DNA from: an uncultured Pseudomonadales bacterium
GTDB taxonomy: Bacteria > Patescibacteriota > Microgenomatia > UBA1400 > PJMF01
Direction of reading: 5' to 3'
NCBI GenBank assembly: GCA_964515115.1
Contig: CAZESB010000001.1
Span: 48,292 to 112,291 of the forward strand
Length of the DNA: 64,000 nt
The number at the start of each line of letters is the position of its first letter. Positions within the stretch are counted from its first letter, which is position 1. Under the pieces are notes generated by a model that worked only from the letters and a program-made list of their open reading frames with translations, searched no databases and was not told the origin of the DNA. The position numbers and the translations under genes were made by a program. Shown piece after piece: positions 10,825-20,618 of the stretch.

Positions 10825-11298
10825 ATGATGATCAAAGCAATTTTACAATTCTTGCTGATATTTTTTGTCCTGGTTTTGTTGTTGAGTTTAGAGTCGGCTG
10901 TGGGTTTGCCGGTGATTTTTTTGGCGGTTTTGAGTTGGCTCAGTGTCCTTTTTGCCAATCTCCTCTGGTGGCCGCTGATTTTGATCTTGATTTTAAGTTT
11001 TGTGATGGCGGCGGTTTATCAAATTCCTATGGCGGCAGCTTTTATTATTTTAATTTTAGCAGGGCGATTTAACATTAAGGCCAAAGGCGGAATCTTGACC
11101 AAACGGATGCAACGCATTTTACTGACTTCGGCGGCAGGCTCACTGGTTGTTTTGCTAATTTCTGATCTTGATTTAGCCTCATTAAGCCCGCCTACTCTGA
11201 TTTTGCAAAGTGGTATAGTATTGCTGCTGGTTTGGCGGATGTTGGGGCTACCAATCAGCTCAGATAAATCCCTAACCAAACGTCTCGGACGCAACTGA
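10825..11298 (+). CDS. multi-TM protein in the MreD position
   Basis: Very hydrophobic 157 aa between mreC and pbp2; synteny only. Confidence 0.6.
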   Translation: MMIKAILQFLLIFFVLVLLLSLESAVGLPVIFLAVLSWLSVLFANLLWWPLILILILSFVMAAVYQIPMAAAFIILILAGRFNIKAKGGILTKRMQRILLTSAAGSLVVLLISDLDLASLSPPTLILQSGIVLLLVWRMLGLPISSDKSLTKRLGRN

Positions 11299-13196
11299 TG
11301 AATCTTTTTAAACAACTATCGCCTAAAGTACTGCTTTTTTTCGCGGTGGCAGTGGCAGTTTTTTCACTTTTAATGTGGCGACTGGCGGATTTGCAGCTGA
11401 TTAACGGCCGTTCTTACTTGACGATGGCTGATGCCAACAGGTTGTTTACAGCCAGAGTGCCGGTGGAGCGAGGGGTTTTTCTTGATCGCTACGGTGATCC
11501 GCTGGTATACAACCAGCCGCGATATTACCGATTGACTGATCCTGAAGCTTTATTCAGCGACAAAGCAGAAATTTCCCGCGAGGAGGCTTTAATTGTCATG
11601 GCGTCTGGTAGCGAGAGTGTGGGTTATGAACTGGAAAGGGAGTTTGTTTTTCCAGCAGCCACGGCTCACGTGCTTGGTTATGCCAGCGCAGTTACTGCCG
11701 ATGAATTAAAACAAGATACCACTCTGCATATTGAAGACAAAACGGGCAAAATGGGTATGGAGCGAGTGTTTGATGAAGTGCTGCGAGGAGTGGCGGGCGC
11801 CAGTTTTTATGAAGTCAATGCTCTTGGGAAAAAACAGAGAAAAGTGGGCGATCGGGAAGGGATTCCCGGCTTGAATATTGACACCACTCTTGATCCATAT
11901 TTGTCGCAAATTGCTTTTGCAGCCATGGGTGCCAAGCGCGGCGCGGTAGTGATTCTTGACAGCGCTACTGGGGAGGTTTTGACTTTAGTCAGTACACCCA
12001 CTTATGATCCGCAGGCTTTAAGCACCAAGTACCTTGATCCTGAACTGGAAAAACAAAGACGGCAGCAGGTGAGTGACTTTTTCACCCATCCGCAGAAGTT
12101 GTTTTTCAACCGGGCGATTAGTGGGGTTTACCCGCCCGGGTCGGTTTTTAAAATTCTCACCGCTTTAGCCGGTCTGGATAGTGGAGCGATTGATGCCGGC
12201 AAGACCGTTGATGATACCGGTGTTCTCGAGATCGGGGAATATTCTTACGCCAACTGGTATTACACTCAGTACGGCAGGATTGATGGGCCGATTGCCTTAG
12301 TGCGCGCCCTGGCCAGGAGTAATGATATTTATTTTTATAAAGCGGCTGAGTGGACCGGCCCGCAGAAAATTGCCGATATGGCCAGGCTTTTTGGCTTAGG
12401 TCAGCCAACTGGAATTGAACTTTCAGGAGAAGCAGCCGGCTTGGTGCCAGATCCTGCCTGGAAAGAACGGGAATTGGGCGAGCGCTGGTATCTGGGCAAC
12501 ACTTTTCACTTTGGGATTGGTCAGGACAACTTGTTGGTCACGCCGCTGCAAGTCGCTCAGTATGTCCAGACTATTGCTAAGCGCGGCACGCAGTGCAGTC
12601 CGCATTTGGTCAAAACTAATCCGCTGGAGGTGGATGATGGCTTGGCCAGCCATTGTAGTGAGTTGGGAGTGGCTGAAGAAAATTTGGCACTGGTTTTGCA
12701 AGGGATGTTGGATGCCTGCAGTTTTGGTGGCACTGGTTTTCCTTTCTTTCCCCACAATCAAAGGTTTAGGCAAGAGGGACTGTCGCTGGTAGAGCAGCTT
12801 AATGAAGGGGCGGTGGCTTGTAAAACCGGTACTTCGGAGTTTGGCGGTGCTGATTCCAGGGGGTACAGGCAGACTCACGGCTGGTTTACCGCTATTGTTG
12901 GGATTAAGAAAGAAGATATTTTGCCGGCGGGCGGAGAAGATTTCCAGTCCGGAAACTGGGATGATGAAGCTCATTCATTTCGGGAGCGCTGGCTGAGCAG
13001 GGTTGATGAAGCTGGTTTCCCAGACAATTTGGTGATGGTGGCTTTGGTGGAAAGCGATGAAATTTCTCCTTATCGCGAAGGTTCAGCCGACGCAGCGCCG
13101 GTGATTAAAGAGATTGTTGACTGGATTTACGGCACTAATATCAGGGCAGAAACACTCTCCGAAGAGGAAATTAGGGAAGCCGGGCTAGCGGAGTAG
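11298..13196 (+). CDS. mrdA: class B penicillin-binding protein 2
   Basis: PGSVFK (SxxK), SND (SxN variant), KTGT; RGVFLDRYG. Confidence 0.9.
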   Translation: MNLFKQLSPKVLLFFAVAVAVFSLLMWRLADLQLINGRSYLTMADANRLFTARVPVERGVFLDRYGDPLVYNQPRYYRLTDPEALFSDKAEISREEALIVMASGSESVGYELEREFVFPAATAHVLGYASAVTADELKQDTTLHIEDKTGKMGMERVFDEVLRGVAGASFYEVNALGKKQRKVGDREGIPGLNIDTTLDPYLSQIAFAAMGAKRGAVVILDSATGEVLTLVSTPTYDPQALSTKYLDPELEKQRRQQVSDFFTHPQKLFFNRAISGVYPPGSVFKILTALAGLDSGAIDAGKTVDDTGVLEIGEYSYANWYYTQYGRIDGPIALVRALARSNDIYFYKAAEWTGPQKIADMARLFGLGQPTGIELSGEAAGLVPDPAWKERELGERWYLGNTFHFGIGQDNLLVTPLQVAQYVQTIAKRGTQCSPHLVKTNPLEVDDGLASHCSELGVAEENLALVLQGMLDACSFGGTGFPFFPHNQRFRQEGLSLVEQLNEGAVACKTGTSEFGGADSRGYRQTHGWFTAIVGIKKEDILPAGGEDFQSGNWDDEAHSFRERWLSRVDEAGFPDNLVMVALVESDEISPYREGSADAAPVIKEIVDWIYGTNIRAETLSEEEIREAGLAE

Positions 13197-14519
13197 TTTT
13201 GCTCGCTGTTGATCCCAGTAAGCACCGCGCCGGCAGAGCAGTTCGTTGGCTTTTTCTGGTTCTTGCATCAGTTTTTCGACGGCAATTTCCAGTAGCAGCG
13301 TGTTTTGTGAGCCTTTTACTAGCAGCAAACTATCTTTTTCTAGCTGTTTTTCCAGGTAGATGGCGGCTTTGGCAGCATCGGGGAACCATTGCACCGGTGT
13401 GTTGGTAGCAGTAATCACCGGCAAGGCGTATTGTTGCATTGCCGGCCCTACCAGGGCAATTTTATCGCCAACTGCGGCCGCTTTTTTAGCCACCCGCTCG
13501 TGTTCAAGTTTAGTTTCCTGACCCAGCTCCCGCATATCACCCAACAGCGCCAGTTTTTTCCCGGGAGCAATCCGGTTAAGCAACTCGAGAGAGTCTAGCA
13601 TTGGTTCGGCCGAGGCATTGTAGGAGCTGTCAAGGATGTAGGCGTCCTTGATGGCTGGAATTAGGGAGGAGCGCCCCCTGGGTAGTTTGAAGTTTTTTTG
13701 CAGTGATTTGACTGCTTTTTCGATGGTGATGTTTTGGCTGAGGGCCGCCGCGAGAGCGGCGGCCAAAGTATAACCGAAATGATCCGGCAAAGCCTGGCCG
13801 GGGAATTGCAACTCATAATTTTTGCCTTGATATTTCAAAATAAAACTAGTGCCACTGAGCTGCTGGCTGGATCTCACCACCTGAACAGTAGCATTTTTGT
13901 CCTGGCCAAAGGTCAAAACTGCAGCTTGAGTTTTCTCGGCGTGCTTAATTACATTGGCGTCGTCGGTGTTAAGAATAGCCGCGCCGTTTTCAGGCAAACT
14001 AGTGATAAGTTTGCCCTTTTCCGTCGCAATTAGCGCCGTCACCTCTTCCTTGCGTTGTTGCGGATCGATAGTTTTTACCAGACTATCAAAAGGCTGGCTA
14101 TGATTCGCACGGGCGTTAAGAAAAATTCCCACCTGGGGTCGCAAAATAGTCAGCAAGTACTCCATGTTTTTGGGTGCGTACGGACTATCAATGGCCATTT
14201 CCGCGATATAAACATCATATTTTTCTTTATTAGTGAGCAACTTGACCGGTGCAGCCAGAACCAGATACAACCACTCCAGGCTAGAGTAATTCTTATTGCT
14301 CAGTCCCAGAATATTCAGGGGAATTCCCGACTCTGAATTAGCTTTGTAGCCTGTTTTAGTCTTGAAATAGTCCTTAAAAATGGCCTCAACCGCGTTTCTG
14401 GCGCTGCTTTTACCTGCCGAGCCAGTAATGCCAATAATCAAGGGCTGATTCTTTTTGAGCTGAATTTTGGCTAAAAACTTAAAATACTCGAGAATTAATC
14501 TGCTGAGCAAAGTTTTCAT
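13185..14519 (-). CDS. murF: UDP-MurNAc-tripeptide D-Ala-D-Ala ligase
   Basis: GITGSAGKS, DSSYNAS, LGDMRELG, LVKGSQ. Confidence 0.88.
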   Translation of the reverse strand: MKTLLSRLILEYFKFLAKIQLKKNQPLIIGITGSAGKSSARNAVEAIFKDYFKTKTGYKANSESGIPLNILGLSNKNYSSLEWLYLVLAAPVKLLTNKEKYDVYIAEMAIDSPYAPKNMEYLLTILRPQVGIFLNARANHSQPFDSLVKTIDPQQRKEEVTALIATEKGKLITSLPENGAAILNTDDANVIKHAEKTQAAVLTFGQDKNATVQVVRSSQQLSGTSFILKYQGKNYELQFPGQALPDHFGYTLAAALAAALSQNITIEKAVKSLQKNFKLPRGRSSLIPAIKDAYILDSSYNASAEPMLDSLELLNRIAPGKKLALLGDMRELGQETKLEHERVAKKAAAVGDKIALVGPAMQQYALPVITATNTPVQWFPDAAKAAIYLEKQLEKDSLLLVKGSQNTLLLEIAVEKLMQEPEKANELLCRRGAYWDQQRAKLLR

Positions 14520-14564
14520 AGGTTTGTACAGTTTTTACTAGCTAATAGAGTTAGTGTACTATGT

Positions 14565-15740
14565 ATGGTTCGCAAAAGTAATACGAATGATCAAGTGGTT
14601 GAGTTGTCTGCGGCCGAATTGGCGGCGGTGCTAAGTGTGCCCGGCATTGGCAGAGAAACTGTTCGTCAAATCCTGGTTTACCTAAATAAATACGAAATCA
14701 GTTTTGGGGAATTTTGGCGCAAATTGCCAGCTTCAGCCGTAGAATTACTTTTATCAAAAAAACAGCTAGATAGCCTCAAAAACTTCAAAAAAGAACACAC
14801 AATTAGCTCGTATCATTACTACTTAGCAGAGCAGGGCATCAAGTTGATTTCTTATAAAGATATCACTTACCCGCCGTTGCTTTTGACTACCACAGATTTG
14901 CCGCTGCTACTGTTTGCAAAAGGAAACACGAAAATATTGAGTGATCAGCGCATGATTGCCGTGGTTGGCACTAGGAAAGTAACGACCTATGGCCAGCTGG
15001 CAACTCGCAAGCTGGTGACTGAGCTTTGTCTGGAAGAGGCGATTATTGTTTCTGGTTTTATGTATGGGATTGATGCTGAGGCTCACCAAGCGACTGTGAC
15101 TGCGGGTGGCCAGACGGTGGGGGTGTTGGGTTATGGTTACCACCACCTTTATCCCAAGTGGCAGCGGCCGCTTTTTGACAGCATTTTAGATCAAGGTGGA
15201 GTGTTTATTACCGAATTTCCTCCTCATGCCGCTCCCAACGCTGGGCAGTTTCCCTTGCGAAACAGGATTATTGCCGGTATGTCTCAAGCGGTGGTAGTAA
15301 TTGAAGCGGCCGCAAAGAGTGGCACAAGCATCACTGCCGGTCTTGCTCTCGAGGAGGGTAGACTTGTTTGCGCCGTTCCCGGGCCAATTACCAGTCCATT
15401 TTCTGAGGGCACCAAAAATCTGTTCAAACAAGGTGCGCTGATGGTAGGCAGTGGCCGCGAAGTGATCAACGAGCTGGAACTCAGTTATCCGGAATGCTGG
15501 CTGGGTAGTTATTTAGGCCAAAGTTCAAGCAAACAGTCTGGCCATCATGATGCTCCGAAAAAATATGCTCCGGAAAAAACCATCTGTGATATGCTGATAG
15601 CTCAGCCGCTCAGCACCGAAAAATTGAGTCAGCAAACTCAAATACCTGTTGTAGAATTAAACACATTGTTGACACAATTAGAGTTAAAAGGCAGGATTGT
15701 CAGAAATGGCTTGAACTGGACAGTAGTGATCAACCAATGA
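14565..15740 (+). CDS. dprA: DNA processing protein DprA
   Basis: YPPLL, AVVGTR, VSGFMYGID, FPLRNRIIAG; C-terminal winged helix. Confidence 0.95.
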   Translation: MVRKSNTNDQVVELSAAELAAVLSVPGIGRETVRQILVYLNKYEISFGEFWRKLPASAVELLLSKKQLDSLKNFKKEHTISSYHYYLAEQGIKLISYKDITYPPLLLTTTDLPLLLFAKGNTKILSDQRMIAVVGTRKVTTYGQLATRKLVTELCLEEAIIVSGFMYGIDAEAHQATVTAGGQTVGVLGYGYHHLYPKWQRPLFDSILDQGGVFITEFPPHAAPNAGQFPLRNRIIAGMSQAVVVIEAAAKSGTSITAGLALEEGRLVCAVPGPITSPFSEGTKNLFKQGALMVGSGREVINELELSYPECWLGSYLGQSSSKQSGHHDAPKKYAPEKTICDMLIAQPLSTEKLSQQTQIPVVELNTLLTQLELKGRIVRNGLNWTVVINQ

Positions 15741-15755
15741 AATGAGAAAGCAATT

Positions 15756-17984
15756 ATGAACTTAGTGATAGTAGAATCACCTACCAAAGCCAGAAAATTA
15801 AGCTCATATTTGGGTAAGGATTTTCAGATAGAAGCGTCGATTGGTCACATTCGCGACTTGCCAAAAAGTGGCGTTAATGTTGATACAGCCAATAATTTTG
15901 AACCTACTTACGAAGTTTCACCCGATAAGAAAAAAGTCATTACCAAACTTACCCAGGCAGCCAAAAAATCGGACAAAATTTACCTGGCCACCGACCCAGA
16001 CAGAGAAGGTGAGGCTATTGCTTGGCATATCAAAGAAACTTTGGAAAGCAAAAAGGGATTAGGCAAGAAAAATTTTATGCGGGCTACTTTCCATGAAATC
16101 ACTAAACCGGCGGTGACTGAAGCTATTGAAAACCCCGGTACGATCAAAATGGATTTGGTGGATGCTCAGCAAGCCAGAAGGATTGTAGACCGGTTGGTGG
16201 GCTACGAAGTCTCTCCGGTATTATGGAAAAAAATTCGTCGCGGTCTTTCTGCCGGCCGGGTGCAATCGGTGGCTTTGCGGCTGATTGTCGAGCGCGAGCG
16301 GGAAATTGCTGCTTTTGTGCCTGAAGAGTATTGGGAAGTCGATGTGGCGCTCAACACCAGCGGCAAACTTGAATTTACTGCTTTCAAAGATGGAGCGGCC
16401 AGGGATGATTTGCCTGAAAGTTTGTTGATTGGCAGGCTGGTTAAACTGAATGGTCATACTTTCAAGCCTACCAAGGAAGTGGATGTTTCTGGCCTCAAGA
16501 CAGTTTTGCCTGCCGCTACTTACGAAGTGGCGGAAGTTGAGCGCAAGCAAAGAAAACGTAGCAGCTTGCCGCCTTTTACCACTTCCACCATGCAGCAAAA
16601 AGCTGCCGTGGTTTTAGGCTACAGCGGTAAGCAAACCATGCGTTTGGCGCAGCAGCTTTATGAAGAAGGTTTGATTACTTATCACCGCACTGACTCCATG
16701 AGTTTGTCACAGGCCTCGATTGGGATGGCCAGGGAGTATATTGTTAATGCGTATGGAACGGAGTACTTGCCGGAAAAGCCCAGATATTTTGCCACCAAAA
16801 GCAAAAACGCCCAGGAGGCTCACGAGGCTATTCGGGTGACTGAAGTGGCGATCAAAGCAGAAGAAATTATGGCTAAAGGCAGCAAGTTTACCAACCAACA
16901 CGTGCGGCTGTATGATCTGATTCGCCGCCGCTTCATTGCCAGCCAGATGCAGACGGCCATCTACGACCAAACTACGATCCTCACCGACGTCAAGCCCAGC
17001 GCCAGCGGCGGCGGCGGCAAAAACAAAGACATCAAGAACGCTCAGCTCAAAACAACTGGCTCTATTTTGACTTTCGATGGCTGGATGAAACTTTTCCCAG
17101 GTAGCGAAGACACACTTTTACCGGAAGTTAAGCAAGGCCAGATTTTAGATTTTGTTGACCATAATTATGCTCAAAAGTTCACTCAACCGCCTGCCAGGTA
17201 CAACGACGCTTCCTTGATCAAAACCTTAGAAAAAATGGGTATCGGTCGCCCCAGTACCTACGCCTCAATTGTTTCGGTGATTGAAGACCGCGGCTATGTT
17301 GAAAAACAGCAGAAGCGGTTTTTTGCCACTCCGATTGGCACGACCGTGACCGATTTCCTGATGGAATACTTCACCACTTTTATGGATTATGAGTTTACGG
17401 CCGAAATGGAAGAAGATTTGGATAGAATTGCCAGAGGAGAGAAGCAGTGGCGCAAGGTTGTAGGTGAGTTTTACAAGCCTTTCCATGACAAAGTAGAAAA
17501 AGTGACTGAAAATGCCAAGCGCCAACAAGTGCCGTACGAAAAAACCGGCCAAAAATGCCCAGAATGTGGAGCAGAGGAGGGTGGAGAAATTGTCATTCGC
17601 ACCGGCCGCTATGGCAAATTTAAAAGTTGCAGCCGTTTTCCCGACTGCAAATTTACCGAAAATATCGTGGCTACCATTGAGGGAGTTAAGTGTCCGCTTT
17701 GCGGCGATGGTGGAGTCATTGTGAAAAATACCCGCTGGGGCAAACAATTTTATGGTTGCAGCACCTATCCCAAATGTGGCTGGGCCAGCTGGCAGGAACC
17801 TAAGCCGGGTGATACTGTGACAGCGGCAGAGTGGGCCGAGTTACAAGCCAAGCGTGAGGAGCGCAAGAAAAAATGGCAAGAGCGTCGTGGCAAAGGCAAG
17901 GCAACCAAGAAAACCGGAACAACTAGAAAAAGCAAAAAATCTGCAACACCCGGTGGCAGGAAAAAAGCCGCCACTGCCGCTTAG
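15756..17984 (+). CDS. topA: DNA topoisomerase I
   Basis: IVESPTKA, ATDPDREGE, SAGRVQS, ITYHRTDS, two Zn ribbons, Lys-rich tail. Confidence 0.98.
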   Translation: MNLVIVESPTKARKLSSYLGKDFQIEASIGHIRDLPKSGVNVDTANNFEPTYEVSPDKKKVITKLTQAAKKSDKIYLATDPDREGEAIAWHIKETLESKKGLGKKNFMRATFHEITKPAVTEAIENPGTIKMDLVDAQQARRIVDRLVGYEVSPVLWKKIRRGLSAGRVQSVALRLIVEREREIAAFVPEEYWEVDVALNTSGKLEFTAFKDGAARDDLPESLLIGRLVKLNGHTFKPTKEVDVSGLKTVLPAATYEVAEVERKQRKRSSLPPFTTSTMQQKAAVVLGYSGKQTMRLAQQLYEEGLITYHRTDSMSLSQASIGMAREYIVNAYGTEYLPEKPRYFATKSKNAQEAHEAIRVTEVAIKAEEIMAKGSKFTNQHVRLYDLIRRRFIASQMQTAIYDQTTILTDVKPSASGGGGKNKDIKNAQLKTTGSILTFDGWMKLFPGSEDTLLPEVKQGQILDFVDHNYAQKFTQPPARYNDASLIKTLEKMGIGRPSTYASIVSVIEDRGYVEKQQKRFFATPIGTTVTDFLMEYFTTFMDYEFTAEMEEDLDRIARGEKQWRKVVGEFYKPFHDKVEKVTENAKRQQVPYEKTGQKCPECGAEEGGEIVIRTGRYGKFKSCSRFPDCKFTENIVATIEGVKCPLCGDGGVIVKNTRWGKQFYGCSTYPKCGWASWQEPKPGDTVTAAEWAELQAKREERKKKWQERRGKGKATKKTGTTRKSKKSATPGGRKKAATAA

Positions 17985-18015
17985 CCGACTAGCCACTTTA
18001 GCTACTTAGCCGCAA

Positions 18016-18837
18016 CTAAACTGCCATCTCTGCTTTAATTCGGGGATGATGCCGGTAATTTTCCAACTTAACGTCATCCAGGGTGAAATCATCAATGTTT
18101 TTAATCTTGGGATTAAGCCAGAGAGTGGGCAAATCATAAGGCTGGCGTGAGAGCTGTTCTTTGACTTGCTTAAGGTGATTTTTGTAAATGTGGGCGTCAC
18201 CCAAAACATGAATGAACTCTCCCGGCTCCAAATCCGTCACTTGAGCCACCATCTGCAACAGCAGAGAGTAGGAAGCGATATTAAACGGCACACCAAGGAA
18301 CATATCGCCGCTGCGTTGGTACATTTGCAGCGACAGTTTGCCTTTAGCCACAAAAAATTGGAAGAAAACGTGACAAGGCGGCAGAGCCATCTGGTCAAGC
18401 TCACCCGGATTCCAGGCAGAAACAATCAACCTCCGGTCGTAGGGGTCCTTTTTGATCCGCTCGATCACTTCCGCCAATTGATCAATTTCTTTCCCCTCAG
18501 GATTTCTCCAGGATCGCCACTGCACTCCGTAAACTCGGCCCAAATCTCCCTCAAACTTAGCTTTGGGTTTCCAGTAGGGAGCCTCAGCGTTGGCGTCCCA
18601 GATGTGGCAACCCATCTCGTTGAGCACTTTGTTGTCAGAGGTGCCTTTAAAAAACCAGAGTAGCTCAGCCAGGACTTGTTTGAAAGCCAATCTTTTAGTG
18701 GTTACAGCTGGAAAACCTTGGGATAAATCGTAACGGGTTTGCAGACCAAAAACTGCGATAGTACCAACTCCGGTGCGGTCATCTCTGGCGACCCCATTTT
18801 CAAGCACATACTTGAGCGAGTTGAGGTATTGCTGCAT
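18016..18837 (-). CDS. thyA: thymidylate synthase
   Basis: MALPPCH, YQRSGDMFLGVPFN, HIYKNH. Confidence 0.98.
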   Translation of the reverse strand: MQQYLNSLKYVLENGVARDDRTGVGTIAVFGLQTRYDLSQGFPAVTTKRLAFKQVLAELLWFFKGTSDNKVLNEMGCHIWDANAEAPYWKPKAKFEGDLGRVYGVQWRSWRNPEGKEIDQLAEVIERIKKDPYDRRLIVSAWNPGELDQMALPPCHVFFQFFVAKGKLSLQMYQRSGDMFLGVPFNIASYSLLLQMVAQVTDLEPGEFIHVLGDAHIYKNHLKQVKEQLSRQPYDLPTLWLNPKIKNIDDFTLDDVKLENYRHHPRIKAEMAV

Positions 18838-18870
18838 TTTTCCTTTATTTAGCTGTTATTTCTGATGCCA

Positions 18871-19449
18871 CTATTCTTCGCTTTCCGGAAAATTTTCCGC
18901 CATTTTGCTAGCCTGGACTGAAAAATTATTAAAATATTTACTGCCGAGTGAAGGATCGCCATACTGTTTGGCTGCCGGATTTTTCAGTTGGCAAAAGGCT
19001 ATTTGGGCAATTTTCATTTTAGGATAAAGTTTGATGGGCATACTGTTGGTGTTGAAAAGTTCGAGAGTGGCTTTGAGTTTGTTGCCGGGATCAACAAAAC
19101 CAGCGGTGGTATGGATAATCAGACCAAGTCTGGCTAGGCTGCTTTTGCCCATGATGTTGAGGCAGTACTTGGGTCCGACGCCAAAAAAATCATCTGTTAC
19201 AGCCAAGGCGAACTCGCCTGGGTGGAGGACAAAGTAGTCGTTTTCATTTGCCAGAGTGATTTTGGTCATGTATTCCGCTACCGGCTGTTTGGGATCAATG
19301 ATCTCAACTTTGTGTTTGTCAAAAACCAAAAATTCATTTCCGAGCAAGACATCGTAACTGGCAGGTTGAAGCCTAGCCGGATCGAAGTTTTCGATGATAA
19401 TGTCGCCTTCGTTCAGAGCGGCTTGAATATCAATATCAGATAGGTACAT
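18871..19449 (-). CDS. dcd: dCTP deaminase
   Basis: QPASYD, GKSSLARLG, AGFVDPG, TLELFN. Confidence 0.92.
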   Translation of the reverse strand: MYLSDIDIQAALNEGDIIIENFDPARLQPASYDVLLGNEFLVFDKHKVEIIDPKQPVAEYMTKITLANENDYFVLHPGEFALAVTDDFFGVGPKYCLNIMGKSSLARLGLIIHTTAGFVDPGNKLKATLELFNTNSMPIKLYPKMKIAQIAFCQLKNPAAKQYGDPSLGSKYFNNFSVQASKMAENFPESEE

Positions 19450-19536
19450 AGCAATTAATATAACGCATTTTAAGTTTTTTTAAACAGTGAGAAGAATAAG
19501 TGGGAAGAATGGGCAGGGGCATGTTACGATATGGTC

Positions 19537-20061
19537 ATGAACTCATTGCACGTTTTTTTGATTGCTGCTATTACTCTGGATGGTTTTATTGCTCAGACTA
19601 AAAACCAAAAATCTACTCAATGGACCAGCAAAGCTGATGCCGATTATTTTAGAACCAGGTCGAAGCAAGCGGGAGCGCTGGTAATGGGTGCCACTACTTT
19701 TGCCACTATTGGCGGCCCGATGCAGGGCAGGAAAATTTACGTACTAACTTCAAGCCCGGAAGATTACGAGGGCTTTCATCCTGATCAGGTGGAGCCAGTG
19801 GCTCTGCCGCTGGAAGAGTTGGTGCAGAAAGTTAAGGCTGAAGGGTTTAAGGAGTTGGCTGTTTGCGGCGGCGCCAGCGTTTATCATCAGTTCATGGCCG
19901 CTGGTTTGGTGCAGACTTTGTATTTGACGGTTGAGCCGAAGTTGTTTGGCAAGGGCATTAAGCTTTTTTCCGGTAATTTGGCTGAGGTTGAGTTGAAGTT
20001 GAAAAAAGTTAAAAAACTGTCGGATCAGACAATTCTGCTGGAGTATCAAGTGAGAGGGTAA
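19537..20061 (+). CDS. folA: dihydrofolate reductase family protein
   Basis: AAITLDGFIA, VMGATTF, CGGASVY; next to thyA. Confidence 0.78.
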   Translation: MNSLHVFLIAAITLDGFIAQTKNQKSTQWTSKADADYFRTRSKQAGALVMGATTFATIGGPMQGRKIYVLTSSPEDYEGFHPDQVEPVALPLEELVQKVKAEGFKELAVCGGASVYHQFMAAGLVQTLYLTVEPKLFGKGIKLFSGNLAEVELKLKKVKKLSDQTILLEYQVRG

Positions 20062-20063
20062 TT

Positions 20064-20528
20064 ATGGCGGGAAAGGCAAGTAAAAGTACCGAAAAAATTA
20101 AAGTAGTGATTAAGCGTTTTGATGAATCGTTGCCATTGCCGGAGTATAAGACGGCTGGGGCAGCTGCTTTTGATCTTTACGCCCGGGAGGAGACCACCAT
20201 CCCCGCTGGGGGAATCGGCTACGTGCCTTTGAACATTGCCCTGCAGCTGCCCCCCAACCACTGGGCGCTTTTGAGCGCCCGCAGCTCGTTGCATCAGCGC
20301 GGCCTGATGTTGGCCAACGGCATTGGAGTAGGTGACTACGATTACCGCGGCGATGAAGACGAATACCGGGCAGCTCTCTACAATTTTTCCTCTCAAGACG
20401 TGGTGGTTGAGCGCGGTGAGCGCCTGGTGCAAATGATCATCATGCACCGCGCACCGGTGGAGTTTCAGGAACTGAAACATTTTGCCACTCACAGCCGCGG
20501 CGGTTTTGGCAGCACCGGTCGAAAATAG
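20064..20528 (+). CDS. dut: trimeric dUTPase
   Basis: AAFDL, RSS, GVGDYDYRG, RLVQ, RGGFGSTG. Confidence 0.95.
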   Translation: MAGKASKSTEKIKVVIKRFDESLPLPEYKTAGAAAFDLYAREETTIPAGGIGYVPLNIALQLPPNHWALLSARSSLHQRGLMLANGIGVGDYDYRGDEDEYRAALYNFSSQDVVVERGERLVQMIIMHRAPVEFQELKHFATHSRGGFGSTGRK

Positions 20529-20618
20529 CCACCAAGCTCAGCTAAATTCCCTACAACCAATAGTATTTTCCCCCTTGTGGTCACACAAGATTTTGTGATT
20601 TCATGTACTCTGTTGCCT

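Noticed and set aside
17981-18015. Short TAGC-containing repeats after topA (similar at 2580-2610)
   Set aside because: Too short and irregular to distinguish from slippage in intergenic spacers
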